A DNA stretch of 64,000 bases, from positions 96,001 to 160,000 of the forward strand of contig CAVYES010000006.1 of assembly GCA_963767735.1 (NCBI GenBank), in the 5' to 3' direction. The stretch comes from Candidatus Bathyarchaeota archaeon (lineage in GTDB: Archaea > Thermoproteota > Bathyarchaeia > Bathyarchaeales > Bathycorpusculaceae). The notes beneath the pieces were generated by a model. It did no database searches. It was not told the origin of the DNA and was given only the letters and a program-made list of their open reading frames with translations. Positions 1 through 10,178 of this stretch are shown in pieces (within the stretch, counting starts at the first letter, position 1; every line of letters begins with the position of its first letter). The position numbers and the translations under genes are program-made.

Positions 1-932
<932 letters not shown>

Positions 933-1075
933 TTACCCTTAATAGTTTATTAGTTTTCCGACGAAAATTCAAGCAAGTAGATAAGCAAGCGCAATTTACC
1001 GTCTTGGAAAAAGATGCAGCCAACTTACATGAAACAGTCAAGATTTTAATTTTAACTTACTCGAAAAAAAACATT

Positions 1076-1471
1076 TTAGAAAATTCCGCCTTCTCTAAAA
1101 TAATAGTTCTCTTCTTTCTTCGGTCCAAAGCTTCTTACGCCTTCACGTTTAAGCTGACACCGCAGTTCTTCAGCATACTGCTGGGTTATTTCGCCTTTCT
1201 TCTGCAGGTAAGCAATAATTTCTTCTGCCTGCGCTTCTGTGTCACATCGGCGGATAAAATCCACAGCGCAAGGATTAAAATGGCGAAGCTTATCAGGCGT
1301 CTCAGTGCAAGAGGCAAACTCTTCTTCCGCGCAGTCTTCACAATCTACAGCGCCCTCGGCTTCTTCCGGGTTTTTTCGAACCGCGTTAATCGGTACTTTG
1401 GCGTCTCCCGTTTCAAGTTCCTCGTAGAGGTGTGGAAACATTTTCTTGAGCGCTTTTTTGTCAGTTGCCAT
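1076..1471 (-). CDS. Conserved archaeal protein, DUF2095-like
   Basis: KKMFPHL..EL and P..VDFIRRCDT...A.EII.YL.K.GEI...RSFGPKKE..YY pattern. Confidence 0.8.
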   Translation of the reverse strand: MATDKKALKKMFPHLYEELETGDAKVPINAVRKNPEEAEGAVDCEDCAEEEFASCTETPDKLRHFNPCAVDFIRRCDTEAQAEEIIAYLQKKGEITQQYAEELRCQLKREGVRSFGPKKEENYYFREGGIF

Positions 1472-1551
1472 TTTTCATCAGTTTAATTAAAAATAAATAT
1501 CAAATATGTTCTTTATGTTCTTTTTTGATGGAAAACAAGATTCTGCAAGAG

Positions 1552-2166
1552 CTATAATGGGAGGAACCGTTGGGTTGGGTTGGTTTTCAAAACTTTTTCG
1601 AGTTCCTGCACCTTTAAACCTTTCATTTCATCCCCGAAAACTTCGCATTTTCTTTTTTTCCCTGCTTCCTCACAGCTACGCGCAACAATCTCAAGCCCGT
1701 ATCTATCTGAAGTCTCAGCGTATATGTGAAATGAAGCCATAGTTATTCCACGCTTGTTTACCGTTGTCCAAGCTGTTTTTGAAATTTTAACTTTTTCAGA
1801 TTTTAGGATTTGCACGATTTCTTCGGGCTCATCAGTGTAAACGGCGATGTCAATGTCGCTTCCCTGCTTTATCGTTCCTCGCCAAACGCTCCCGATTAAA
1901 ACGGGACAATAAGCATCAAGAAGCTTCATTATTTTTAGGGCTTCGTTTCGCATTTGAACCAGACGCTCTACTCTTTTTGCGCCCTCGTTTTCTTCAGCTA
2001 TTTTGTCCAGTTCAAGAGCAACTTCCATGTTAGACGGCAAAAAGTGAGTGCCCAAGGTTTTTGCGGCTTTTTCTTTAGCTTGTTTGTATTCTTTTTCAGC
2101 GCCAAAATAAAGTAAGGTAGCAGCTTCCCGAGCAACTCTGCACTTTAAATCGAAGTCAACGGTCAA
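1552..2166 (-). CDS. Pol-beta-superfamily nucleotidyltransferase domain protein
   Basis: LIGSVWRG...SDIDIAV motif; N-terminal VAREAA.LLY....EYKQAK helix. Confidence 0.85.
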   Translation of the reverse strand: MTVDFDLKCRVAREAATLLYFGAEKEYKQAKEKAAKTLGTHFLPSNMEVALELDKIAEENEGAKRVERLVQMRNEALKIMKLLDAYCPVLIGSVWRGTIKQGSDIDIAVYTDEPEEIVQILKSEKVKISKTAWTTVNKRGITMASFHIYAETSDRYGLEIVARSCEEAGKKRKCEVFGDEMKGLKVQELEKVLKTNPTQRFLPL

Positions 2167-2186
2167 TCATTCACCTATCGTTTTTA

Positions 2187-3437
2187 TCAGGGTTTCACTA
2201 TTGTTTCGTATAGTTCGACGGTTTTTTCGGCGATTCTGGTCCAAGTGAACTCGGCTAGGACACGTTTTCTGCCGTTTTTACCCAGAACCTTGCGTCTTTC
2301 AGGGCTTTCTAAAGCGCTGATTACTCCCCATGCAATATCGGATGGGTTATTTGGGTCCACGTGGTATCCGCATTGTTCTTCACCGCAGCAAATTACTATT
2401 TCCCGCATTCCGCTGACGCCGGCGGCGCCTACGACAACAGGCTTCTCCATGCTCATCGCTTCAAGAGCTACGATGCCAAACGGTTCATAAAAACTGGGGA
2501 AAACTGCTATGTCGCATGAGGCATAATGCAGTATTCGTTCTTCCTCTGGGATGAAGTCAAAGCAGAATTTAACATACTCGTTAAGTCGAATGGTTCTTGT
2601 AAGGTTTGTTAAGTATTCTTGAAGGTCGCCTACGCCTACAATTACCAGTCGCGCATTAGGAATCTTGGTTAGAATATGAGGCATCGCCATTATGAGTTTA
2701 TCAACGCCTTTGACGCCTACGAGCCTGCCGAGGAAAAGAATCATTAATTCATTATCTTTTATGCCATACTTGCTTCGAATTCGCTTAATGTTCTCTGAAG
2801 AAACGTTTTCAGGATTATATTTTTGCGGGTCAACACCATTGTAGCTTACCTGAATTTTTTCTCTTGGAAAACCAAGCTGTATAAGCTCATCTTTCATGGC
2901 GTAAGATACTGTCACGATCATATCAGCCATTTTCCCCGCACGTAATTCTATGTTGCTGACTACGCTTGAGCCGTTTCCTAATGTTCGACCTTTCTCAGTT
3001 GAGTGAACATGGAAAGCTAAGGGCAAATCCGTTTCTCTTTTAACGGTAATCCCGCCCATTGCCGAAAGCCAATCATGCGCAACAACAATGTCATACTTCA
3101 TACCTTCTTTTTTAATCAACTCGTTGATGAGTTTAGCCGCTGACAAATAATTATAAACCATTAATTTGCCGAAGAAATGTAATCCTCTGCCCCATTTTTT
3201 GATGTCTTCAGCTATCACGTCTGGAAGCGAATCCGAAATGTCAATGTGCAGCGGGCGATGAATCTCTATTCCACGCCAAATTTCTCGGGTCGGCAAAGAA
3301 CCAGCGTCATCATTCATGGTGAAAACCGTTACGTCGTGATCGTCTAAGACAAACTTTCTTGTAATCTCGGCTGCGTAAGTTCCTAGTCCACCGACTATTT
3401 TAGGCGGGTACTCGTAAACGAAGACGGCAAGTTTCAT
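2187..3437 (-). CDS. Glycosyltransferase family 4 (GT-B, glycogen-synthase-like)
   Basis: EYPP...GGLG, AHDW, HVHSTE.GR, GRL..VKG and YEPFGIVALEAM motifs. Confidence 0.93.
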   Translation of the reverse strand: MKLAVFVYEYPPKIVGGLGTYAAEITRKFVLDDHDVTVFTMNDDAGSLPTREIWRGIEIHRPLHIDISDSLPDVIAEDIKKWGRGLHFFGKLMVYNYLSAAKLINELIKKEGMKYDIVVAHDWLSAMGGITVKRETDLPLAFHVHSTEKGRTLGNGSSVVSNIELRAGKMADMIVTVSYAMKDELIQLGFPREKIQVSYNGVDPQKYNPENVSSENIKRIRSKYGIKDNELMILFLGRLVGVKGVDKLIMAMPHILTKIPNARLVIVGVGDLQEYLTNLTRTIRLNEYVKFCFDFIPEEERILHYASCDIAVFPSFYEPFGIVALEAMSMEKPVVVGAAGVSGMREIVICCGEEQCGYHVDPNNPSDIAWGVISALESPERRKVLGKNGRKRVLAEFTWTRIAEKTVELYETIVKP

Positions 3438-3595
3438 CCTAACTGTTCACCAATTTACCCTAAGAATTGGTAATCACCATACTAAAGCTTTGCTTAACTG
3501 AGGAAGCAAACTTGAAATGGAAGAAAGCACAAGAAAGTTAAGGAAAGGTTTGATTAGACGGTTATGCATATCACATATAGGCAAGGTGCCAGCAA

Positions 3596-4159
3596 ATGAG
3601 TTTATCAACTGTAAAACAAGAAATACTAGAAACTATGCTACTTCACGAAAGACCCTTAAAAGCCGTCGAAATCGCAAGCGAAACCAAAATGAAGTTTCCG
3701 CCGGTCATGATGCACCTATTAGGGTTTGCTCGCATGGGATACGTGAGTTCACCTGAAAAAGGATTATACATTATAACTGTGAAGGGAAAAGAAGCTCTCG
3801 GCATACCGGAAATCAACAAAGAAAAAGCTACCGCCATATTGGCTTATGCACCACATGATAAAGCATTCCACTTCTACGTTGACATTGGAAAACCATTAAA
3901 CTTGCACGCTCACAACCTTCGTGATTTCGCCAATAAAGTCGAAAAGGCAGACGTTGCATCAGTAGAATTCCATACAAAACGCGGCGACTTTGAAGCCTGG
4001 TTCAACGAACTCGGAGACGCAGAATTATCAAAAAAGACTGCATTATTAAAACAAAGAAATGTGGTTGGAGAGGACCTGCGCATGCAATTGCATGAAATCG
4101 TTCTCCAACGATATGTAGCCTTAGCTAAATTGGCAGACCAACCAGTTTTCACCGAATAA
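3596..4159 (+). CDS. Winged-helix protein with a C-terminal DUF5752-like domain
   Basis: N-terminal wHTH (AVEIA...VMMHLLG...GYV...KGLYIIT.KG); C-terminal KAFHFY...A.NL.DF...SVEFH..RGDFEAW. Confidence 0.7.
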   Translation: MSLSTVKQEILETMLLHERPLKAVEIASETKMKFPPVMMHLLGFARMGYVSSPEKGLYIITVKGKEALGIPEINKEKATAILAYAPHDKAFHFYVDIGKPLNLHAHNLRDFANKVEKADVASVEFHTKRGDFEAWFNELGDAELSKKTALLKQRNVVGEDLRMQLHEIVLQRYVALAKLADQPVFTE

Positions 4160-4288
4160 ATTTAGCTTTTTTTATAAATCGTTTTGTAATTTTCTGCAGA
4201 CCTGCGTATCGTCGTATACTACATATGTTCGGGGCTAACCGTGCCTTTATCATACTATGTTGAAATGGACGTCCAACGGTTTCCATGC

Positions 4289-4317
4289 CATGCAACGGTG
4301 AGCAAAATAGTTGCATG
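4289..4317. promoter_or_regulatory. Inverted repeat CATGCAAC-N13-GTTGCATG, candidate operator
   Basis: Perfect 8-bp inverted repeat about 85 nt upstream of the RHH regulator's likely start. Confidence 0.35.
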
Positions 4318-4401
4318 CACATTTTTCACAATTTCGGGTGTTTGGTTATGGAAAAAATGAAATATGCAGAGGCGAATATTACGTGGTTGAGGAGAATCTC
4401 T

Positions 4402-4902
4402 GTGAGCGAAGTTAGAATTGTTTCCGTCAAGATACCTGAAGAAGTCTACCTTGAAATGGCGTTGCGTATTCCTGAGGGTGACCGAAGCAACTTTATCAGG
4501 GAAGCCATAAGTGAGAAGCTTGAGAAAACGCCTAAAGCAGACAAACTTTTAGCACTAGAAGAGCGAATGGGCAAAATAGAGCAGGAGTTCGGGCAAATCA
4601 GAAAGTACCTAGCCGATTTGGAACTGCTAACGTTTCAGCATGGAAAAATTAACCCGCATTCTTTCTGCCTCGATGAGGTAGACCATAAAATAATGGAGTA
4701 CCTGCTTCACTACAAGAGCGCAACTACCCCCGAGTTAGCTGATTACGTCAAAACCAACAGATGGCTAATACTAAACAGGCTCAGAAAAATCCAGAAAACC
4801 TCCAAGAAACAAGTTGGAAAACCAGTGATAGAGTATTATGCGGGCGAGCGGTCTGGGAAAAAGAAGGCTTGGTGGATAGACGAAGAACTGATCCAGGAAT
4901 AA
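4402..4902 (+). CDS. Ribbon-helix-helix plus wHTH DNA-binding protein (likely GTG start at 4402; ORF opens at 4285)
   Basis: IVSVKIPEEVY...RSNFIREAI.EKL (RHH), a coiled coil, then ATTPELA...ILNRLRKI (wHTH); GAGGAG upstream. Confidence 0.75.
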   Translation: MSEVRIVSVKIPEEVYLEMALRIPEGDRSNFIREAISEKLEKTPKADKLLALEERMGKIEQEFGQIRKYLADLELLTFQHGKINPHSFCLDEVDHKIMEYLLHYKSATTPELADYVKTNRWLILNRLRKIQKTSKKQVGKPVIEYYAGERSGKKKAWWIDEELIQE

Positions 4903-4947
4903 CATGGTTAGCTTTAAATTAATTGGGCATGTTGGTTTGTAAACTGT

Positions 4948-5026
4948 GGGCTCGTAGTCTAGTACGGATTAAGGCATCGGCCTCCGGAGCCGAGAATCCT
5001 GGGTTCAAATCCCAGCGGGCCCGCCA
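4948..5026 (+). tRNA. tRNA-Arg(CCG), intronless, encoded CCA
   Basis: Acceptor stem GGGCTCG/CGGGCCC plus G-CCA; anticodon arm TCGGC-CT-CCG-GA-GCCGA; T arm CTGGG-TTCAAAT-CCCAG; TTTAAA TATA-like box about 30 nt upstream. Confidence 0.97.
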
Positions 5027-5217
5027 TTTGAACTTGCAGGTTCAAAATTTGTTTTGTTTTTGGTGGAATTAAGGTTTGATCTGGGCTTAGAACTGGGAAA
5101 ACTTTGTGGAAACGGGTTTTTGAGGCGGATGTTTTGAACTATTTCGATGTTGCATTTGAGATTGATTGAACCAAACGCATGTTAAGAGTACGCTTGGCGG
5201 GCATCGTCTTGCAGAGG

Positions 5218-6021
5218 CTACGGTAACATGAATTCAAGACCCCTATAAAATTGCCTGTAAGCTGGCCTCTTAAACAGTTCTTTGACAGAAACAAACCCCT
5301 CATCGGTCTCCCAGAAACGCGAAGGTGCCTCAGAGCCGAAAACATCGTTCCACATCGACTTTGTCTTTTGTGACCAAACAATTTCTCGCAAAGACACGTT
5401 GGGAGCCGAATCCGGATAATTCTTAACGATCCTTTGCGCTCGCCGCAACGTTTCCTTTGAAGCCCTCCCAATCTCACGATCAGCCAATGCCTCCATCTGG
5501 GGGTTTTGGTCGTTTCTCTGTTTCCAGCAAAGCCACCCAGCCAAGTTAATGGCTTCTCCGGCTTCTTTCTCTGGGTTTTCCTGTGGTTTCCATCCCGTGT
5601 CTTCGGCAAGCGCATAGAGGATAGGCTCAACGATTGCTGGAGGCTTACCAAATTTGCAGGAGACTTCTACCAAAGTTGGCTCTCTTAAAAATCGTAACTC
5701 ACGCTGAAGCTCTTCAAGCGCCAGTCTAACGGCTTCCACTTCAGCCTGGGTTTTGTTGACATTCTCAATAGAAAACAACACATCAGGCATCAGCGAGTTT
5801 GGCGTCCCATAGAAGAGCCCTTTGTGGCAAATCTTCCCACCCGCAACAAGAAACCGCAGCTTGCCTGTGACGGCTACTCCCAGCCCCTTTCGGTCTTTGT
5901 ATCGAATTTGGTACGTTTGCCAGAGGGTTTCTACTATTTCCGTCCAGCGAAGCATGTTAGGTTCATGCTTTTGCAGAAGAGAAACAATGTCCCGCTCAAG
6001 CATGTCAAACTTATCAGCCAT
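5218..6021 (-). CDS. Hypothetical protein, probable N-terminal wHTH
   Basis: 267-aa ORF with IVSLL...LRWTEIVE.L...L..LV..GKI pattern; divergent from the ParB operon. Confidence 0.6.
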   Translation of the reverse strand: MADKFDMLERDIVSLLQKHEPNMLRWTEIVETLWQTYQIRYKDRKGLGVAVTGKLRFLVAGGKICHKGLFYGTPNSLMPDVLFSIENVNKTQAEVEAVRLALEELQRELRFLREPTLVEVSCKFGKPPAIVEPILYALAEDTGWKPQENPEKEAGEAINLAGWLCWKQRNDQNPQMEALADREIGRASKETLRRAQRIVKNYPDSAPNVSLREIVWSQKTKSMWNDVFGSEAPSRFWETDEGFVSVKELFKRPAYRQFYRGLEFMLP

Positions 6022-6222
6022 TTACTACCCCAATTACTTGTTGAATATTAATTCTTTATTAACTAAAATTTGCTTTTATTCTTCAAAGAAATTTTGGTCA
6101 TTAACTATTAATTTTTCGTGGCAAAATCTCAGCAACCGTTTAGGTTTTGGATTGACCATTAGTAGCTAATTAGCTTCCTGTATTTTAGAACCGACCTTTA
6201 TTTTTCTGCAGAGGATAAAGTA

Positions 6223-6786
6223 ATGGAAAAGAAAACAACGGTTAAGGTTCCTGACGCTTATCTGCCATTGCTGGAGGATCTTCGGCTGCTTCGAAATGAC
6301 GGCAACAACCCCAACAAGATGACGATCAAGCAGAAAGACCAGGTTTGGAGCAGCCTACAAAAGTACGGTTGGACTTATCCGATCGTAACCAACAAGGACG
6401 GCGTTTTCGCGGATGGCGAGCAAAGAGCGCAGGTCTGCATAGGTCAGGGCGAGTTTTTTGGTCCAGTTCTTCGACTGCCCGTCTCCGATGTTGACAGGCG
6501 AATGCTGCGGCAGATCCTAAACAAACTCAAAGGCAAACATAGCATGGAGCTTGATGACGCTGATTACAGGCGTATTGTAGAGGCTGGTGAAATCGACTGC
6601 TTAGCTGCACTGTTGCAGTCCATCGGCGAAAAAATGCCGGAAACAGACGGGCGAGCTCCTGAAAACTCAAACATCATTCCTGACAGCTACGAGCTAATCA
6701 TCGAATGCGAGGATGAGACGCAGCAGAAATGCTTCTTTGAGAAGTTGACGGCTGAAGGATACAAAGTGAAAGTTCTAAATCTGTAG
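6223..6786 (+). CDS. ParB/Srx-like N-terminal domain protein (virus type)
   Basis: NPNKM...SL.KYGW..PIV.NKDGV.ADGEQR motif; GAGG RBS. Confidence 0.8.
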   Translation: MEKKTTVKVPDAYLPLLEDLRLLRNDGNNPNKMTIKQKDQVWSSLQKYGWTYPIVTNKDGVFADGEQRAQVCIGQGEFFGPVLRLPVSDVDRRMLRQILNKLKGKHSMELDDADYRRIVEAGEIDCLAALLQSIGEKMPETDGRAPENSNIIPDSYELIIECEDETQQKCFFEKLTAEGYKVKVLNL

Positions 6787-6797
6787 AGGCGGAAAAG

Positions 6798-7481
6798 TTG
6801 GATTTTGATTTTACGGTGAGTTGGAGTGAACCGGATAGTTTTCGAGCTCAAAGCGTCGTTGGCAGCTTCACATTAAGCGACGTAAAGTTACAGAAGCATT
6901 TCAAAGGCTCACTACCGATTGAAAGCTCAGACTGGCAAATCGGCGTCATCGTCGGCCGCAGCGGTTCAGGCAAATCAAGCATAGCAAAAAAGCTGTTTCC
7001 AGACGCATACACCACAGGCTTCGAGTACACAGAAAAATGCATCCTTGATGACTTTCCCCAAGAAACAGAAACAAACCAGATAACCAGGCTCCTATGCAGC
7101 GTCGGCTTCGCGTCACCTCCAGACTGGCTGAAATCTTACAGCTGCCTAAGTCAAGGAGAAAAAATGCGCGTCGACATCGCCAGAACGCTCTGCCTCCCTA
7201 GGAAGCTGATCGTTTTTGATGAGTTCACCTCGGTCGTAGATCGCGAGGTAGCAAAAGTTGCCTCTTACGCAATCAGCAAGGCAATTAGGCGCCGGAAAGA
7301 TAAGAAATTCATTGCCGTAACCTGCCACTACGACGTAGTGGATTGGTTGGATCCAGACTGGGTTTTCTGCACTGACACAATGGAGTTTGACCGAAAAAAA
7401 GAGGGCGGCCGCCCGTTGAGCTCAAGGTTTACCGGTGCGGCAAATCCACGTGGACACTGTTTCGGCAATATCACTATCTAA
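6798..7481 (+). CDS. Soluble ABC-family ATPase; N-terminal part of a probable ABC-GNAT fusion
   Basis: Walker A GRSGSGKS, signature LSQGEK, Walker B IVFDEFTS, H-loop VTCHYD; no permease gene nearby. Confidence 0.9.
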   Translation: MDFDFTVSWSEPDSFRAQSVVGSFTLSDVKLQKHFKGSLPIESSDWQIGVIVGRSGSGKSSIAKKLFPDAYTTGFEYTEKCILDDFPQETETNQITRLLCSVGFASPPDWLKSYSCLSQGEKMRVDIARTLCLPRKLIVFDEFTSVVDREVAKVASYAISKAIRRRKDKKFIAVTCHYDVVDWLDPDWVFCTDTMEFDRKKEGGRPLSSRFTGAANPRGHCFGNITI

Positions 7482-7900
7482 ACGGCAATCTCGGCGCAGG
7501 CGTCAGATGCTACAGTGCCTTCTACCACGAAAAACCAGTAGCGTTTATCGCAGTCGCGCACGTGCGAATGAGGGGACACTTCTTTCGAGTCAGCCGCCTC
7601 GTTGTTTTGCCCGATTACCAGGGTATAGGCGTCGGAAAGCGTCTGCTTAATTTTGTCGCCGAGCTCTATACTTCTCAGTTGAATTTGCCGTTCTATTTGG
7701 TTACGAGCAATCCACAGCTAGTTCGAGGAAATCTAGACCACTGGATTGTAAAACGTGTTGGGCACAGCGGCCATGGAAGGAATGATTCAAGGATAAATCG
7801 GGGGCTCATAAAGTCGGCAAGCAAGGGACGGCTTACTGTAACACTCCAATATGTTCGAAAGAGAATTAAAGGTGACAATGTTGGATGCAATAACACTTGA
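7391..7900 (+). CDS. GNAT-fold acyltransferase in the -1 frame relative to the ABC ORF
   Basis: Frame opens right after TGA 7388-7390: ...RPPVELKVYRC..STWTLFRQYHYLN...RVSRLVVLPDYQGIGVGKRLL (acetyl-CoA motif QGxGxG). Confidence 0.85.
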   Translation, partial: PKKRGRPPVELKVYRCGKSTWTLFRQYHYLNGNLGAGVRCYSAFYHEKPVAFIAVAHVRMRGHFFRVSRLVVLPDYQGIGVGKRLLNFVAELYTSQLNLPFYLVTSNPQLVRGNLDHWIVKRVGHSGHGRNDSRINRGLIKSASKGRLTVTLQYVRKRIKGDNVGCNNT

Positions 7901-8282
7901 AAGACGCTTAGAAATCTTGAAGCTTGAAGGAAACGGCTTAGAACCGTGCGAAATTGTGAAGGAACTAAGTGTAAAATATCGGGTATCTGAACGTGCCGTA
8001 TACAAAGATTTTGAGAGCCGTAACAGCTGGCAGCCCCAACTTCAAGAGATGAAGAAAATACTGTTAAAAGTGATTAACCGGCATGAGCAGATGTATCGTA
8101 AAGCCATAGTTGCATACATGCAGGCAAAATCTGACCGCGCTCGCATAGCAGCTTTGAATCTTATGCGTCAAATAAATGAGGATATCGCCGAGATGTCAGG
8201 AGCCAAAACCAAAGGTGAGACGGAACCTGAAGAAATCCGAATAAAATGGGAGGACCCTAAAACATGCACAAAACAGCAGTAA
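7878..8282 (+). CDS. HTH protein, putative terminase small subunit
   Basis: AGGTGA RBS before ATG 7878; HTH EIVKELS.KY.VSERAVYKD, helical middle region, C-terminal EIRIKW strand; overlaps the TerL start. Confidence 0.65.
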   Translation: MLDAITLERRLEILKLEGNGLEPCEIVKELSVKYRVSERAVYKDFESRNSWQPQLQEMKKILLKVINRHEQMYRKAIVAYMQAKSDRARIAALNLMRQINEDIAEMSGAKTKGETEPEEIRIKWEDPKTCTKQQ

Positions 8283-9526
8283 TCAAATACAAGCCTCATC
8301 CTGGACAAGTTGAATTTCACTTTAATTCAGTAAGGTTCCGAGTGCTCAACTGTGGACGCCGCTGGGGCAAAACCGTTGCAGGCGCTAACGAGTTCATTAG
8401 GCAAATTTGGCAGAAAGGCGAGGGCAAAGAAAAAATGGGCATTGTGGCATTTGCTGTTGCCCCCACTTATTGGCATACTCAGCGTCAATGGAGCGAGTTC
8501 TTCAATTATTGCCCGCCTGAACTTATAGAGGAAATCCGCAGGGCTGAACGGCACGTTATTCTCAAAGGAAAACGTCACATCTGGTTTAAAAGCGCAGATA
8601 ATCCTGACTCGCTTAGAAGCCAAGGAGTAAAGGTCCTATGGGTTGACGAGGGAGCTCAGATTGCGGAGGAGGCATGGACTATGGCGCTTAGGCCTGCATT
8701 GATGGATGAGAAAGGCATCGCCTTCTTCACAGGAACGCCCAGAGGACATAACTGGTATTTTCAGCTCTGGACCCGAGGCCAAGATCCGTCGCAAACTGAT
8801 TATAAGAGTTGGAGCTTCCCCAGCGGCAGCAACCCGTATCTGGATCCAGCGGAGATTGCTTCTTTTGCCCGTGACATGCCTGAACTTGCTTATCGCCAAG
8901 AGGTTATGGCTGAGTTTCTTGAGGATGTTGGCTCAGTCTTCAGAGGCGTAGACCACATTGTTAAAGGTACCTTCCAACCGCCTGAACCGTACAAGCAATA
9001 TGTTATGGGAGGAGACCTTGCTAAACTCATAGACTTTACAGTGCTAATCGTTCTCAATATGGACGGACACCTATGTGCCTTTGACAGGTTCACCCAGCTA
9101 GACTGGGTTTTCCAACGCAAACGCATAATTCAACTAGCCCAACAATACAACGCCCGCCTACTAATCGACAGTACAGGAGTCGGAGACCCAATCTGCGACG
9201 AGATCCGACGTGAAAACGTTCGAGTTGACGGCTACAAATTCACCAATACCACAAAAAAAGATCTCATAGAAAACTTGAGCATTATGATCGAGAACGGACA
9301 GGTTACGATACCGCAAATTCCTGAGTTAATTAATGAGCTCAAACTCTACGGGTACAAGATCAGCGCCAGTGGGAACGTGCAGTATGGAGCACCCGAAGGC
9401 TACCATGACGATTGCGTTGTTGCATTAGCGTTAGCTGCTTGGCAACTTAAGCGTTCTCCCCCTCTTCTGGGAATCGGTGTCTCGGTGATTAAGAAAAAAC
9501 CAGTTTACAGAGACGAAGATGATTAA
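8264..9526 (+). CDS. Terminase large subunit
   Basis: PHPGQ, Walker A GRRWGKT, Walker B VLWVDEGA, FTGTP.G.NW, nuclease GGDLAK..DFT and HDDCVVALALA; reading frame intact. Confidence 0.95.
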   Translation: MHKTAVIKYKPHPGQVEFHFNSVRFRVLNCGRRWGKTVAGANEFIRQIWQKGEGKEKMGIVAFAVAPTYWHTQRQWSEFFNYCPPELIEEIRRAERHVILKGKRHIWFKSADNPDSLRSQGVKVLWVDEGAQIAEEAWTMALRPALMDEKGIAFFTGTPRGHNWYFQLWTRGQDPSQTDYKSWSFPSGSNPYLDPAEIASFARDMPELAYRQEVMAEFLEDVGSVFRGVDHIVKGTFQPPEPYKQYVMGGDLAKLIDFTVLIVLNMDGHLCAFDRFTQLDWVFQRKRIIQLAQQYNARLLIDSTGVGDPICDEIRRENVRVDGYKFTNTTKKDLIENLSIMIENGQVTIPQIPELINELKLYGYKISASGNVQYGAPEGYHDDCVVALALAAWQLKRSPPLLGIGVSVIKKKPVYRDEDD

Positions 9527-9614
9527 AATAAAAAAGAATTTTGTCTTGGAAGCCGGCTGGGAAAAACTAATGAATCTTTATTGGGATTTATTGGTCTGAA
9601 ACTGAGGGTTTAGT

Positions 9615-10160
9615 ATGGAAGATGAAGTGGTAATCATCGAAGTCGTACCCAAAATGTTTGATGTCGTCAATACACCGGATAAATTCAGTTTTAGAGTCAA
9701 CTACATAAAAGAAATGTACGATGTAAATCAGCCAATTACTCGTAGACCAGAGTATTTGGCGGTTAGAGACCCGGGTTACTCCCGAATCGAATTACTCTTT
9801 AAAATCGATTTGCTTAAGTCTAATTTTGAAAAGGGACAGCTGGTTCCTCAAGGCAAACCAATATTTCTTCAATCTTATTTGAGACTGAAGGAATCCTCCA
9901 CCACTCATGTTGTGTACACGCCACAGGGAGCGGGAGAAGAAGGATCGTTAAAGAGAACCATTTGGTACACGTCTTTTAGGACTTTGCTAACGCATAGTTC
10001 AACAGATGAATTCATCGGAGAAAAGTCCAAACCATTTACGCGTGTAAACCTTTGCAACGGCTTTTACTGCAAACATTTCAGCTACTGCGAATTCTTCAGT
10101 CACTCGGAAAACCCTATTATAAAAAGCTCCAGCTTACCAAAAAGAAGTATCGTCAAATGA
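9615..10160 (+). CDS. Hypothetical protein
   Basis: 181-aa ORF with RBS-like GAGGG; no recognisable family; not portal-like. Confidence 0.6.
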   Translation: MEDEVVIIEVVPKMFDVVNTPDKFSFRVNYIKEMYDVNQPITRRPEYLAVRDPGYSRIELLFKIDLLKSNFEKGQLVPQGKPIFLQSYLRLKESSTTHVVYTPQGAGEEGSLKRTIWYTSFRTLLTHSSTDEFIGEKSKPFTRVNLCNGFYCKHFSYCEFFSHSENPIIKSSSLPKRSIVK

Positions 10161-10178
10161 CACGAGAATTCTAAACTT

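Noticed and set aside
5001-5026. attR duplicate of the tRNA 3' end
   Set aside because: I found no second copy by eye, so site-specific integration and the island's right end are unproven.
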